This document shows positions 48,722 through 58,031 of a stretch of DNA of 64,000 nt, one piece after another (the stretch's first letter is position 1; every line of letters starts with the position of its first letter). The notes under the pieces are model-generated. The model saw only the letters and a program-made list of their open reading frames with translations, did not search any database and was not told the DNA's origin. The position numbers were made by a program, and so were the translations under genes. Source of the stretch: Akkermansia muciniphila (lineage in GTDB: Bacteria > Verrucomicrobiota > Verrucomicrobiia > Methylacidiphilales > CAMAQI01); NCBI GenBank assembly GCA_945883905.1, contig CAMCYL010000002.1, forward strand, positions 7,464 through 71,463. Reading direction: 5' to 3'.

Positions 48722-49462
48722 TTAACGCACCACGAGTTGAGGGTTTTGATTACGAAGCTTTTTAGCCTGCTCCTCGGCTTTACCGACGATGTCGACATTC
48801 TGATAAAAAGAGGTCACCGTTGTCAAATAACTTTCGAGTGCCCCCTCTAAATCCTTCTTTTTCTCCAAAATCATTCCTTTCACTAAAAAGGCCTCCCCAT
48901 AAAGCCGCCCCTCTTCAGCAGAGGGAGCTGCAGTCTTATTGGCAGACTCAATTAACGGTTCCAAAAGCTTGAGCGCTTCATCAAGATTATCGGAGGCCAA
49001 TGCCCCTTTAGCCTTACCCACATTCGCTTTAATAAGATACTTCGATCCCGGAAACAACTGCTCAATCTGAGCGTAAAGAGCCGTCGATTCTGCAATCTTT
49101 CCCGTTGCGGTATAGGCATCCGCTAACGTTCCCATCGCATCAATCACCCAATCGGCAGGAAGTCCTTTAAACTTTTTAACCAACGGCTCTAAAACGGTAA
49201 CAACGGAGGAAAAGTCAGATCGGTTCAAGGTCGATATCTCAGAAGGAACGGTCATCTCAATTTTTTGAATCGTTGAAATCGGTATTGGTACACGCCCCTT
49301 TCCAGATCCCACGACGATCTCCACAATCACATTGCTTCCATCTGCTCCAACAATCGTTCCGACTTGCTTTTTATCGGACTTTAAAAAAATCGTATCTTCC
49401 GCAAAAACCATTCCTAATGATAACGAAGCAATAATCCCTAAAATGAATTTTCTCAAATGCAT
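48722..49462 (-). CDS. Secreted TPR-like helical-repeat protein, first gene of the ExbBD operon
   Basis: 246 aa with signal peptide MHLRKFILGIIASLSLGMVFA. The C-terminal helical repeats (AESTALYAQIEQLFPGSKY..., GRLYGEAFLVKGMIL) resemble TPR/YbgF-type units. Confidence 0.5.
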   Translation of the reverse strand: MHLRKFILGIIASLSLGMVFAEDTIFLKSDKKQVGTIVGADGSNVIVEIVVGSGKGRVPIPISTIQKIEMTVPSEISTLNRSDFSSVVTVLEPLVKKFKGLPADWVIDAMGTLADAYTATGKIAESTALYAQIEQLFPGSKYLIKANVGKAKGALASDNLDEALKLLEPLIESANKTAAPSAEEGRLYGEAFLVKGMILEKKKDLEGALESYLTTVTSFYQNVDIVGKAEEQAKKLRNQNPQLVVR

Positions 49463-49649
49463 AAGCAGTATTAATCGAAAATCCTATTTGTTTTATAAAG
49501 ATTGTCAATTATTCGATCGCTATTTTTGTCGCTGAAGAGATTTTCATTTATTCACACAATTATAACTTGTCGATTCGAGACCGATCGACTACTGGCAAAA
49601 GGATGACACCCATGCCTCCCCATCTAAACTTGAGAACGAAATTCTATTT

Positions 49650-50060
49650 ATGACCTCAAATCCCTCCCTCAAAATGGGGTACACTCTCTTAGAGATCACG
49701 ATTGCTCTAGCCACCCTCGTGATCCTACTCACGGCCACCCTCACAACGATTGATTCTTTGAAAACTGAACGTGGCTTGGCGGTCGGAGCGGAACTCCGAA
49801 CACTTCATCTGGCTCAAAAACAGTACCTCATTCAGACCCTCGATCATCCAGGAACCATCGACCTGAGTGCTCTTTCTTTGAGTGAGCTTCAAAATGCAGG
49901 ACTCGTTCCAAAAAGGCTCCCTGGACTCGAAAAAGTGGGGATCTCTACACTTAAAATCAATGTCATCCCTCCTCTTTGTACCTTAGATGGAACTGAAAAA
50001 GATAAGATAAAAATTGATAAAAATTCCGGAGATCTTCTTTATGATATTGGTCCGGAATAA
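49650..50060 (+). CDS. Pilin/pseudopilin with class III signal peptide
   Basis: 136 aa. MTSNPSLKMG|YTLLEITIALATLVILL has Gly at -1, Glu at +5 and a hydrophobic helix. Confidence 0.75.
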   Translation: MTSNPSLKMGYTLLEITIALATLVILLTATLTTIDSLKTERGLAVGAELRTLHLAQKQYLIQTLDHPGTIDLSALSLSELQNAGLVPKRLPGLEKVGISTLKINVIPPLCTLDGTEKDKIKIDKNSGDLLYDIGPE

Positions 50061-50622
50061 AAACTCGCCCACCCTCAATTTTCTTTCACGCAGCTATTCT
50101 CTCATAGAATTAGCCGTTGCCATTGCACTTATCGGATTGCTCCTCCACTCCTCCATCACACTCACCTCATTTACCGGACTATTTTTCCGCCGAATGAAAA
50201 CCGCCTCTGATTACGAATACCAAGTGGCCCCCCTTGATCACCTCCAAAGAACTCAAGTTCGTCAGTGTCAATTTTCAGTTTATTCCGATCGAGCGACCGC
50301 ATTAACCAACCTTCCTCAGGATCGAACGCCAACAGGGACCGTTCTTCGATGCGATCGCTACGATGGCAACGGATGGTTCCTACTCGTTTGGGAGGAAAGC
50401 AAGAAAACCCTTTGGCTCGAGCCCGGAAACGATTCCTCGCTCAATGTGATTAACCACTCCTATCCCTTTGCGACGCTCCATTCGTTAGTCTTCGATGTCT
50501 CCCAAGGAGTTCTGCAAACCTACATTCAACTTCTCGTCGCAATGGATTACACGATGAAATCAAACAACGCCTCTCAACCTCATACAATCGATTATGTCCT
50601 TATCACTCAAAATTATTTCTAA
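50041..50622 (+). CDS. Pseudopilin-like protein with an atypical cleavage motif (Ser at -1)
   Basis: From the internal ATG the protein is 193 aa. MILVRNKNSPTLNFLSRS|YSLIELAVAIALIGLLL has Glu at +5 but Ser instead of Gly at -1. Confidence 0.5.
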   Translation: MILVRNKNSPTLNFLSRSYSLIELAVAIALIGLLLHSSITLTSFTGLFFRRMKTASDYEYQVAPLDHLQRTQVRQCQFSVYSDRATALTNLPQDRTPTGTVLRCDRYDGNGWFLLVWEESKKTLWLEPGNDSSLNVINHSYPFATLHSLVFDVSQGVLQTYIQLLVAMDYTMKSNNASQPHTIDYVLITQNYF

Positions 50623-52165
50623 AAAATCTTCAGCCCTCATGGCGACTTTGATGATCCTCCTTGGACTCTCTGCCTTAATCGGATTTTCATCGCAACAAGC
50701 CCTTTGCTTTTTAGAAAGTCAAAGAACGGGATCCATCGATACGACCCTCACGCAATTCGAAGAAAATCTAATTCAATCAATGCAAGCCTCTTACTACGAG
50801 GTCTATCGATCTGTCTCCTCTGATTCCTCCAAATCCAAAATAATGACAGAGACCGATCTCAAAGCCGTCGCTCAGGAGGGCTATGCTCGGTTGGGAATCA
50901 CAGGAGTTGTCGGAGAAAAAGTAATGATTCCACACTCCACAGGCAACTCGATCGAGGCTTTAATTCAGCTGAAATTTCCTCCTTCGATAACTCAAATCGA
51001 TACTCAAGCGACCACCCCTTATTCTCCAATTCAAGGCACTTACTCTTGGTTGGATGGAGTCTCTGCGATTCAAAAATCGATCGATCTAACCTTAACCCTT
51101 TCCGGAAAAAACGCTTACTCTGGAAAAGTAAGAGCCATCACTCACTCCTATCGACTTCAACTTTTAGAAATTCCCGTCGAAAATATTTCACTAAGTTCCC
51201 TCGGAAACATCACACTTCCGAACGTCTCGATTCAAGCTCGAAACGGTTATTTTGGTGGCTCCCTTCAAGGAGGAAATGGAATCCAATTCCAAAATCGACT
51301 GATTACCGGAAATCGTGAAGACAGCGGAGTCAACCCCCCCTCTGATGAAAAGAGCAATCGAGGAGAATGGAGTGAACGAGGATATTCGGAAATCGTGAGT
51401 ACAAATTCGATTCGAAACCTCTCCTCACAACGTTCCCCTGCACTAGGGACTGTACTCAAAGCGAGCTATCTTTTCCGAGAAGGTCTCGCCGCTGAATCGA
51501 GATTCAGCGATATTGAAAAATCACAGCTCAGAACATTCCAACCATACTACCGAGTGCCCGTCGCTCAACGAATTTATGGAATCCATAATCCCTCTGCAAC
51601 GAATGACGACGACGCCTTCCTCCTATCCTCTGGAGACGGAGAGGAAGAGAGTTGTACAACTCTCCCCTCATGGGCAACGGTACGTCTAAATACGAATTCA
51701 ACACCCAAAGTCCAGTTCCTCATCGACCTCTCTCTGATTTCTCCCGATGCAAATCAAGAGGTCAATCTCTTTATCGGAAGTCGAAACAGGGCGAGTACAG
51801 GACCCTTCTCTCAAGCGGAGATCATTATTATTCCTTGGGAAAACATCCCCTCGGATCGAAAAATCACTGTGATTTCCCCCAATTCGATCGTGATTTCCGG
51901 AGTTTTTAATCAGGGAACCCCTTCGGCTTCAGTCCATTTTTTTGCAAATCGAGTCTATTACGGAAGTAGTTCCACAAGTCAGGTCCATTTTGAGGGAACT
52001 TATTCAAATTACCAGCAACAGGAAACAGGAAGTTCATTGAACTTTCAGTCGAGTGATGGCGCTCTTCCTGAATCTTCAACTCTGCTCATGAACTCAAATG
52101 ATAGTAAAAACATTCATCGTAATCACCATTATTACTATTTAGTCTTAAAATCAAAAATACCTTAA
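50594..52165 (+). CDS. Large minor-pilin-like protein (GspK/PilX-like N-terminus)
   Basis: 523 aa. The N-terminus KKSSALMATLMILLGLSALIGF resembles the GspK-type anchor without Glu+5. The remainder is unrecognised and Ser/Asn/Gln-rich. Confidence 0.35.
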   Translation: MSLSLKIISKKSSALMATLMILLGLSALIGFSSQQALCFLESQRTGSIDTTLTQFEENLIQSMQASYYEVYRSVSSDSSKSKIMTETDLKAVAQEGYARLGITGVVGEKVMIPHSTGNSIEALIQLKFPPSITQIDTQATTPYSPIQGTYSWLDGVSAIQKSIDLTLTLSGKNAYSGKVRAITHSYRLQLLEIPVENISLSSLGNITLPNVSIQARNGYFGGSLQGGNGIQFQNRLITGNREDSGVNPPSDEKSNRGEWSERGYSEIVSTNSIRNLSSQRSPALGTVLKASYLFREGLAAESRFSDIEKSQLRTFQPYYRVPVAQRIYGIHNPSATNDDDAFLLSSGDGEEESCTTLPSWATVRLNTNSTPKVQFLIDLSLISPDANQEVNLFIGSRNRASTGPFSQAEIIIIPWENIPSDRKITVISPNSIVISGVFNQGTPSASVHFFANRVYYGSSSTSQVHFEGTYSNYQQQETGSSLNFQSSDGALPESSTLLMNSNDSKNIHRNHHYYYLVLKSKIP

Positions 52166-52250
52166 AATAAAATAAAAAATACTCTTGTCCTCTTTGAGTT
52201 CAACTACTATTTGAATAGAAATCGATACAATTAAAAAAACAAATCAACAA

Positions 52251-52667
52251 ATGGAGTCTATGAAAAATAATCAAAATAAAAAACGTGCATTCAGCTTAAT
52301 GGAACTCGCTGTTGGCATCGGGGTCGTCGGAATTCTCGCTGCCGTGGCAGCGATTCCTCTCACACGTTATATTGAAGATGGAAAAGGGAATGCCTGTACA
52401 CAACAACTCGCTGAAATCAATCGAGCCACGATCACTTACGTTTCGATCAATAATGTCTCTCAAGGAGATTATAGCTCTACGGTCACTGAAAATGCGATTT
52501 CGGTTTATCTAGGGGGAAAAATAGTCAATACCGATTTTAAATGCCCCATTGATGGAACCTATTCATTAGGAACTTGGGGAGCGGGCGATAGTGGACCTCA
52601 AGATCCGACTTGTAGCTGCAGTAAAAAAGAGATTACAGCTCGGCTTCACAGTCTTGGCAATAAATAG
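52251..52667 (+). CDS. Pilin-like protein, candidate major subunit (Ala at -1)
   Basis: 138 aa. MESMKNNQNKKRA|FSLMELAVGIGVVGILAAVA. C-terminal Cys residues (CPIDG...CSCS) could form pilin disulfides. Preceded by an AT-rich 85-bp gap. Confidence 0.65.
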   Translation: MESMKNNQNKKRAFSLMELAVGIGVVGILAAVAAIPLTRYIEDGKGNACTQQLAEINRATITYVSINNVSQGDYSSTVTENAISVYLGGKIVNTDFKCPIDGTYSLGTWGAGDSGPQDPTCSCSKKEITARLHSLGNK

Positions 52668-52722
52668 AGTCCCTTGCTCTTTTTAAAAATCTAAAACCCT
52701 CGTTTTTCAAAAAACAAGAGAT

Positions 52723-53877
52723 ATGAAAACGACCCCCGATGCTCAAGCAAAAGATCTACTCCATCTCATCTTAACAGCACTTGTCCAACAGGAGGGAAGT
52801 GATTTTCACCTCCGCACCTATCGTGTTCCATTTCTGCGAATTCACGGAGAACTTCAATCAAATCTCACGTCGAGTACGATCCCCACTGATGTACTAGAGT
52901 CGATACTCAAACTACTTCTGATGATGCGATCAGCCGCTTATATGGGGGATCCAGATCTCGCTTCATTTTATGAAGAGTTAAAAAGACAGGGGGCCGTCAA
53001 CTTCTCCTGCTCCTCTGAACTACTGGGAGAAGATTTCCCTAAAACTCGACTCCGAATCCACTCTTTTTTAGATTCGGAAGGGATCAGTATTGTCGGTCGT
53101 GTCTTAAGAAGTGAAATTCCTACTCTTGAAAAACTAGGTTTCGAGTCGAGTATTATTCAAAGAATTCAATCTCAAATACAAAAACCGACCGGTTTGATTC
53201 TCGTCACGGGTCCCACAGGCTCCGGAAAAACAACTACACTCGGGTCGATTATTCAATCGATCAATCTCAACACTTCCAATCATATTATCACCGTCGAAGA
53301 TCCCATTGAAATTCATTACCGCCATTATTCGCCTTTAATTGAAGGCTCAGAAATCTATCGATCTCTCATCACTCAACGGGAAGTTGGAGTGCATACCGAC
53401 TCATTCCGCAACGGCCTCCATGATGCGCTTCGAGAAGATCCGAATATGATTTTATTGGGAGAACTTCGCTCAATGGATACGATTGAAGCCGCCTTGAATG
53501 CCTCTGAAACGGGGCACTTAGTCTTCTCGACGCTCCACACCAATGGCGGCTATAAAACAATTAATCGAATTATCTCTGAATTTCCTGCCGATCGTCGCAA
53601 TTTTATCTGCAATCAACTCGCCTCTAATCTGAATTGCATCATTAGTCAAAGGCTCCTGCCCAGAATCGATCAACCAGGACGAATCCTCGCTTACGAATAT
53701 CTCGAGATCACAGGTCCTGTCAAAGCCGCGTTGATTGCGGGAGACCCCGATCGTATTCCCAACTGCATGGACTCTAAAAACTCCTTTAAATGGAATGATA
53801 ATCTCAAAGGACTTTATCAATCCCAAATCATATCCGAAGAGCTCTTTCAAATGAACCTCATGGAGGAACAAGGATAA
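52723..53877 (+). CDS. pilT: PilT/PilU-type type IV pilus retraction ATPase
   Basis: 384 aa with LVTGPTGSGKTTTL, ITVEDPIEI, ITQREVG, EDPNMILLGELRSMDTIEAALNASETGHLVFSTLHTN. No N-terminal GspE-N domain. Confidence 0.9.
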   Translation: MKTTPDAQAKDLLHLILTALVQQEGSDFHLRTYRVPFLRIHGELQSNLTSSTIPTDVLESILKLLLMMRSAAYMGDPDLASFYEELKRQGAVNFSCSSELLGEDFPKTRLRIHSFLDSEGISIVGRVLRSEIPTLEKLGFESSIIQRIQSQIQKPTGLILVTGPTGSGKTTTLGSIIQSINLNTSNHIITVEDPIEIHYRHYSPLIEGSEIYRSLITQREVGVHTDSFRNGLHDALREDPNMILLGELRSMDTIEAALNASETGHLVFSTLHTNGGYKTINRIISEFPADRRNFICNQLASNLNCIISQRLLPRIDQPGRILAYEYLEITGPVKAALIAGDPDRIPNCMDSKNSFKWNDNLKGLYQSQIISEELFQMNLMEEQG

Positions 53878-53924
53878 TTTTCAAGCCCTTGACGAGTTCA
53901 AACTCGTCGACCAAGGAAGAAGAG

Positions 53925-55472
53925 ATGAGCTCAAAAAAACTTTTTCAAACCTTAAATCAACAGTCCCTCTTAGAATCCCAATGCGGAATCTCCATCGGGA
54001 AAGCCCTCACTTTTGCTCGAGATCAGATTCGAGTCGAACTTCATTCTCAAGGATTTTCTTGGGGAAGGCTTTGCGGCACGCAATGGGAGTGGGGGAATTT
54101 TGAAATTGCGGATTCCTACGAGAACTCACTGAAACTTTTCCAACAAAAAATCGCTTCTCGCTCTCTGATTCGAAATGGACAGGTCTTAATCACAAACCTG
54201 TGGTCACCGAATTTTCAAATTCAACCGATTCATCAACAGTTATCTCAAAAATTTAACTCCCTTTCAGAATTAGATCTTACGGCTCAAGTGGCCCCTTCAC
54301 AACTCAATCTAACGCCAGGATTTATCTATCGAACAATTGAAAAAAAAGCCGATCGGAGCACAATCAAAAATGGGGACTTAATTGGAATTCCAATTATAGG
54401 AATCGAATCCACAGAATCCGCCCTCCCAAGAATCACAAAAGTCTCCCGCCATTGGGGCCCTCTATCTGTTTTACAAGTCATCGTGAATCGTTTTTCGATG
54501 GAACTCCCGGAATCTCTCCTTCTCGGAATTATCGATGCCCATCGTGTTTACTATATCAGCATTCGCAAACTTCAACTCAGTGGACTTCGAAGTTCAGTTC
54601 GATCGAGCCTCAGGGACACGGGCGATCTTCATTCAACGATTACGAGCTTAGGGAGAGAAACCTCCTGCATTCTTTTTGTAAACTTAACAAATAACAGTGA
54701 AGATCTCATTTCGATTGTTCAAGAACTCGAAAAGAATAAAAAATGGACAATCCGAACAATGGGAAGAGCTGAACTTTTACAAGCCTTTCCTGAGCTGCAA
54801 AACTTTTCTCTTGCACCGCTATTTCCTCTGTCTCTTCTCTTCGATCGATCTTTGAGAACCCCCACAGAGATTCCCTCCCCCTCATTTGTCACACCCCAAG
54901 AAGCCCTATCACCTCAAATCACTTCAATGCAAGGGGGATTACTTCGCAGCTTTCGATTATTTAGAATGGTTTTATTTCTATTTTCACTCTCGATCCTCTC
55001 TTGGGGAGGCTACAAAATATACGCACAACTCTCCTCCCCAGAATGGAATGTTTCAGGGGAGCTTGCGAGACAGACAAAAATTAAATATGAACAATTTATC
55101 CAAGACTCACAGGAGTATCAAAAAAAATATAAAACCTTAAAGTCATTCCCTCGTTTTGATTTGATCGCTCATCCTTTATTAGTACCCGGACCGCAAGGAG
55201 TCACGCTTGATGAAATTAAATTTATTTCAAAGTCAGCCCCTAAAAGCAAAAGCGATCGATCTTTTGAACTTTCAATCCAAGGGACAATGCTTAATGGCGA
55301 TCTCCTTAAACTCAGAGAATACGCGAATCATCTTGAGATTCAAATTCAAGAAAACCTTCCCGATTTTATCATTAAGGTGATTGATAGTGGACTCACCGAA
55401 AAAACAAATAGTTCAGGAGCGGCCTTCCGCCTGATCGTTAAAATAGAGTCAAAAAATCATGGATCCATTTAA
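53925..55472 (+). CDS. Bitopic assembly-platform candidate (GspL or PilM-PilN-fusion-like topology)
   Basis: 515 aa from the ATG at 53925 (the track uses a TTG at 53889). About 330 aa are cytoplasmic, followed by one TM (FRMVLFLFSLSILSWGGYKIY) and about 150 aa periplasmic. The call rests on position and topology only. Confidence 0.35.
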   Translation: MSSKKLFQTLNQQSLLESQCGISIGKALTFARDQIRVELHSQGFSWGRLCGTQWEWGNFEIADSYENSLKLFQQKIASRSLIRNGQVLITNLWSPNFQIQPIHQQLSQKFNSLSELDLTAQVAPSQLNLTPGFIYRTIEKKADRSTIKNGDLIGIPIIGIESTESALPRITKVSRHWGPLSVLQVIVNRFSMELPESLLLGIIDAHRVYYISIRKLQLSGLRSSVRSSLRDTGDLHSTITSLGRETSCILFVNLTNNSEDLISIVQELEKNKKWTIRTMGRAELLQAFPELQNFSLAPLFPLSLLFDRSLRTPTEIPSPSFVTPQEALSPQITSMQGGLLRSFRLFRMVLFLFSLSILSWGGYKIYAQLSSPEWNVSGELARQTKIKYEQFIQDSQEYQKKYKTLKSFPRFDLIAHPLLVPGPQGVTLDEIKFISKSAPKSKSDRSFELSIQGTMLNGDLLKLREYANHLEIQIQENLPDFIIKVIDSGLTEKTNSSGAAFRLIVKIESKNHGSI

Positions 55473-55971
55473 AAAATCACTCCTCATTTACGGACTCATG
55501 ATTCCTTTACTCATGACAACGATCATTTGTGTTGGAATGAATACCGTTCAAGGCGATATTCAACGGCAGTATTTACAAAAAAAAATCATTTTTGATGAAA
55601 TGATGAAACAAGAGGCGATCTTAAAAAAGACGACCCAACAACAACAAGTCATAAAACAAGAACTCCCCCTTATTCGCTCCTACTTCCTCCCCACTCATAT
55701 TACCCAAGCAACCGCAACGATTGCCTCACAATGTTCCGAAGAAAAAGGACTTAAACTCGGTGATCTCAAACAAATAGGGAGCAGCGACTCTACCAAATCA
55801 GCCTCTCATCAATTAAAACTTTTAGGTCGATCCGCCCCTCTTTTAGAGATTTTAGGAGAGGCTCAAGGAATTCATCCTGCCCTTCATTTTGATCAATGGT
55901 CGATCGGGCTGCAGATGGACCAAAAGGTGCTTCTTTTTCAGGGAACACTGCAACTTGTAAATATCCCATGA
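55459..55971 (+). CDS. Bitopic PilO/GspM-like candidate
   Basis: 170 aa with an N-terminal TM (LLIYGLMIPLLMTTIICVGM), then a coiled-coil-like segment. The call is based on position. Confidence 0.3.
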   Translation: MDPFKKSLLIYGLMIPLLMTTIICVGMNTVQGDIQRQYLQKKIIFDEMMKQEAILKKTTQQQQVIKQELPLIRSYFLPTHITQATATIASQCSEEKGLKLGDLKQIGSSDSTKSASHQLKLLGRSAPLLEILGEAQGIHPALHFDQWSIGLQMDQKVLLFQGTLQLVNIP

Positions 55972-56528
55972 ACAAAATTGCCGTATCCCTCCTCCTCATC
56001 TCAATCCTGATTCCCGCAGCTCCCTCTCAATCTTTGCCAGATCCGGATCTACTGAAAACCCTGAAGACCTTTGAAGTAATCCCCACTAAAACACTCTCCG
56101 ATCAAGTGAGCCATGACTCTTTTGGACTGATTCCCAGAGGAAGTTTTACTCTTAAAAAAGAAATAACGGCGAGCGAAAACATCAAGACCCTCGTAACCCT
56201 TTCTGATGTTACCTCCACTTTAAAACTTTACGGACTATTTCCCAATCAAGAGGCGATCATCAATTCGATCCTTTGGAAAATAAACAGTCGACTCACTGTT
56301 CGCTATAAAAAACAGGATTACGTACTCCTCTTAAAAGAGATCACTGAAAACTCAATTAAAATTGGATGGCTCGAAAACGATTCTCAACTTCAAATTACGC
56401 TTTCAACTCCCTCCTCTGAAGTACTCGTGGAACAACCCGAACAAATAGAACCTGAGTCCTCGGAAACATTACTGGTGATTGAAACCTCTGAAAGTCAAAT
56501 CCCCTTAAAATTAAACCAAAGAAAATAA
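55968..56528 (+). CDS. Periplasmic PilP/GspC-like candidate
   Basis: 186 aa from an ATG that overlaps the upstream stop (ATGA). Signal peptide MNKIAVSLLLISILIPAAPSQ. Immediately precedes the secretin gene. Confidence 0.3.
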   Translation: MNKIAVSLLLISILIPAAPSQSLPDPDLLKTLKTFEVIPTKTLSDQVSHDSFGLIPRGSFTLKKEITASENIKTLVTLSDVTSTLKLYGLFPNQEAIINSILWKINSRLTVRYKKQDYVLLLKEITENSIKIGWLENDSQLQITLSTPSSEVLVEQPEQIEPESSETLLVIETSESQIPLKLNQRK

Positions 56529-58027
56529 TGAAAACAATAATCCTCTTTGCATTGCTCTCACTTCTCCTCGCAACAGGCCTGACTTGGAGTGAAGTTAAAA
56601 CGTCATCAGACGAAATTAATATTATATTTGATGAAATCCCGGAAAAAACTCCAACGATCGATCTCATATCGAAAGTCCCAGATCATCAAAGCGCCTACCG
56701 AATTCAAAATATGCCGTTAAATGATTTCGTCCTAGCCATGGCACAAAAAGGATCTCTTTCTTATGTGGCTAATCCGAAAGTCACAGGGACGGTCAGCGGT
56801 CGTTTTACTCAAAGCTCCGCTCTCGAAATGATTAAAGTGGCCGCCCGAGCAAACGGCTATGCCGTTCAGGAAAATGGATCAAACATTGAGCTTTATAACG
56901 CTGATACCTTAGCCGCGCTTCCTCAACAGGTTTACACCCGACAACTCAAATACCTTCGTGTCCCAGGAAAGCCCGAGGATCAACAAAAAAAAATGCAGGA
57001 ACTATTTAAGGGATTTCTCTCCTCCGATCGCTCTCAAATTCAATTTGATTCCAAAACCAACACTCTTGTCGTGAGAGATGTCGACTCCAATATTAGTCTC
57101 CTCGACTCGATGATCAACAAACTGGATGTCGATCGACCCAATGTTCTCGTCCGAGTAACGGCGGTCGAGGTTGATGCGAATCCTCGACGAATGTATGGAA
57201 TCGATTGGCAAAATACCTTTGGAGAGGCAGGACTTGATCTTTCCGCAACGACGGTCAATTCACTAGCCTCTCTGCTCACCACTCAATTTGTAGCAACAAC
57301 CGCAACCTCTGCATTACCCACGCATCCAGACTACGCTCTGGTTTTACAACCGGGACAAGTCAAAGGTGTTCTCAGAGCTCTGGAAAAAAAGGGGCTCGCA
57401 GAAATTCGTGCTCAATTTTTTGTTTCAACCGAGGATAATGAACTAGGAATGACGACCGTGGCTCGGCAAGAGCCCATTCCAACCTTTAGTGCCAATCAGC
57501 AAACGGGCGGATTCGATATTACCGGATTTCAATACAAACCCATCGGTGCAACCCTTCAAGTCACGCCTCAATTACTTCCCGATAACATTGTTCGACTCGC
57601 CATTAAACCCTCTTTAAGTTCCTCCAATCAGACGAGAACCTTCACCTCAAATAATGGAGGATTTAGTGCCTCTGTTCCGATCATTGAAGAGAGATCGACG
57701 GAGGTCACGGTACGGGTTCCGATCAATAAATCTCTTCTTCTGGGAGGACTTCAACAACTCTTCGGAACGGATCAATCAAATAAAGTTCCTCTCCTTGGAG
57801 ATATCCCTCTCCTCAAGTTCTTTTTTTCAAGTCGAGATTACGAAAAAAGAACCCGCAACCTCATTCTCGTTGTCGAACCAGGAACACTCGATCCTCAAAA
57901 TCCTGAAAATCTTCAGGAGGAAATTAATAAAATCAAAGATCAAATGAAATTTCACCCCAAAGACTTTAATAAGCCGATCTCGGATCTATCCGCTAAAGCC
58001 TCCGACTTCAGCCCATTCGCTCAATAA
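56528..58027 (+). CDS. Secretin (GspD/PilQ family), short form
   Basis: 499 aa with a signal peptide and an N0-like domain (MPLNDFVLAMAQKGSLSYVANPKVTGTVS). The secretin C-terminus is ERSTEVTVRVPINKSLLLGGL...NKVPLLGDIPLLKFFFSS...NLILVVEP. Confidence 0.88.
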   Translation: MKTIILFALLSLLLATGLTWSEVKTSSDEINIIFDEIPEKTPTIDLISKVPDHQSAYRIQNMPLNDFVLAMAQKGSLSYVANPKVTGTVSGRFTQSSALEMIKVAARANGYAVQENGSNIELYNADTLAALPQQVYTRQLKYLRVPGKPEDQQKKMQELFKGFLSSDRSQIQFDSKTNTLVVRDVDSNISLLDSMINKLDVDRPNVLVRVTAVEVDANPRRMYGIDWQNTFGEAGLDLSATTVNSLASLLTTQFVATTATSALPTHPDYALVLQPGQVKGVLRALEKKGLAEIRAQFFVSTEDNELGMTTVARQEPIPTFSANQQTGGFDITGFQYKPIGATLQVTPQLLPDNIVRLAIKPSLSSSNQTRTFTSNNGGFSASVPIIEERSTEVTVRVPINKSLLLGGLQQLFGTDQSNKVPLLGDIPLLKFFFSSRDYEKRTRNLILVVEPGTLDPQNPENLQEEINKIKDQMKFHPKDFNKPISDLSAKASDFSPFAQ

Positions 58028-58031
58028 TTTT

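Noticed and set aside
49560-49650. Sigma-54 promoter (CTGGCAAAAGGATGAC) upstream of the first pilin-like gene
   Set aside because: The GG-N10-GC spacing rule is not met: the -12 position reads AC, not GC.
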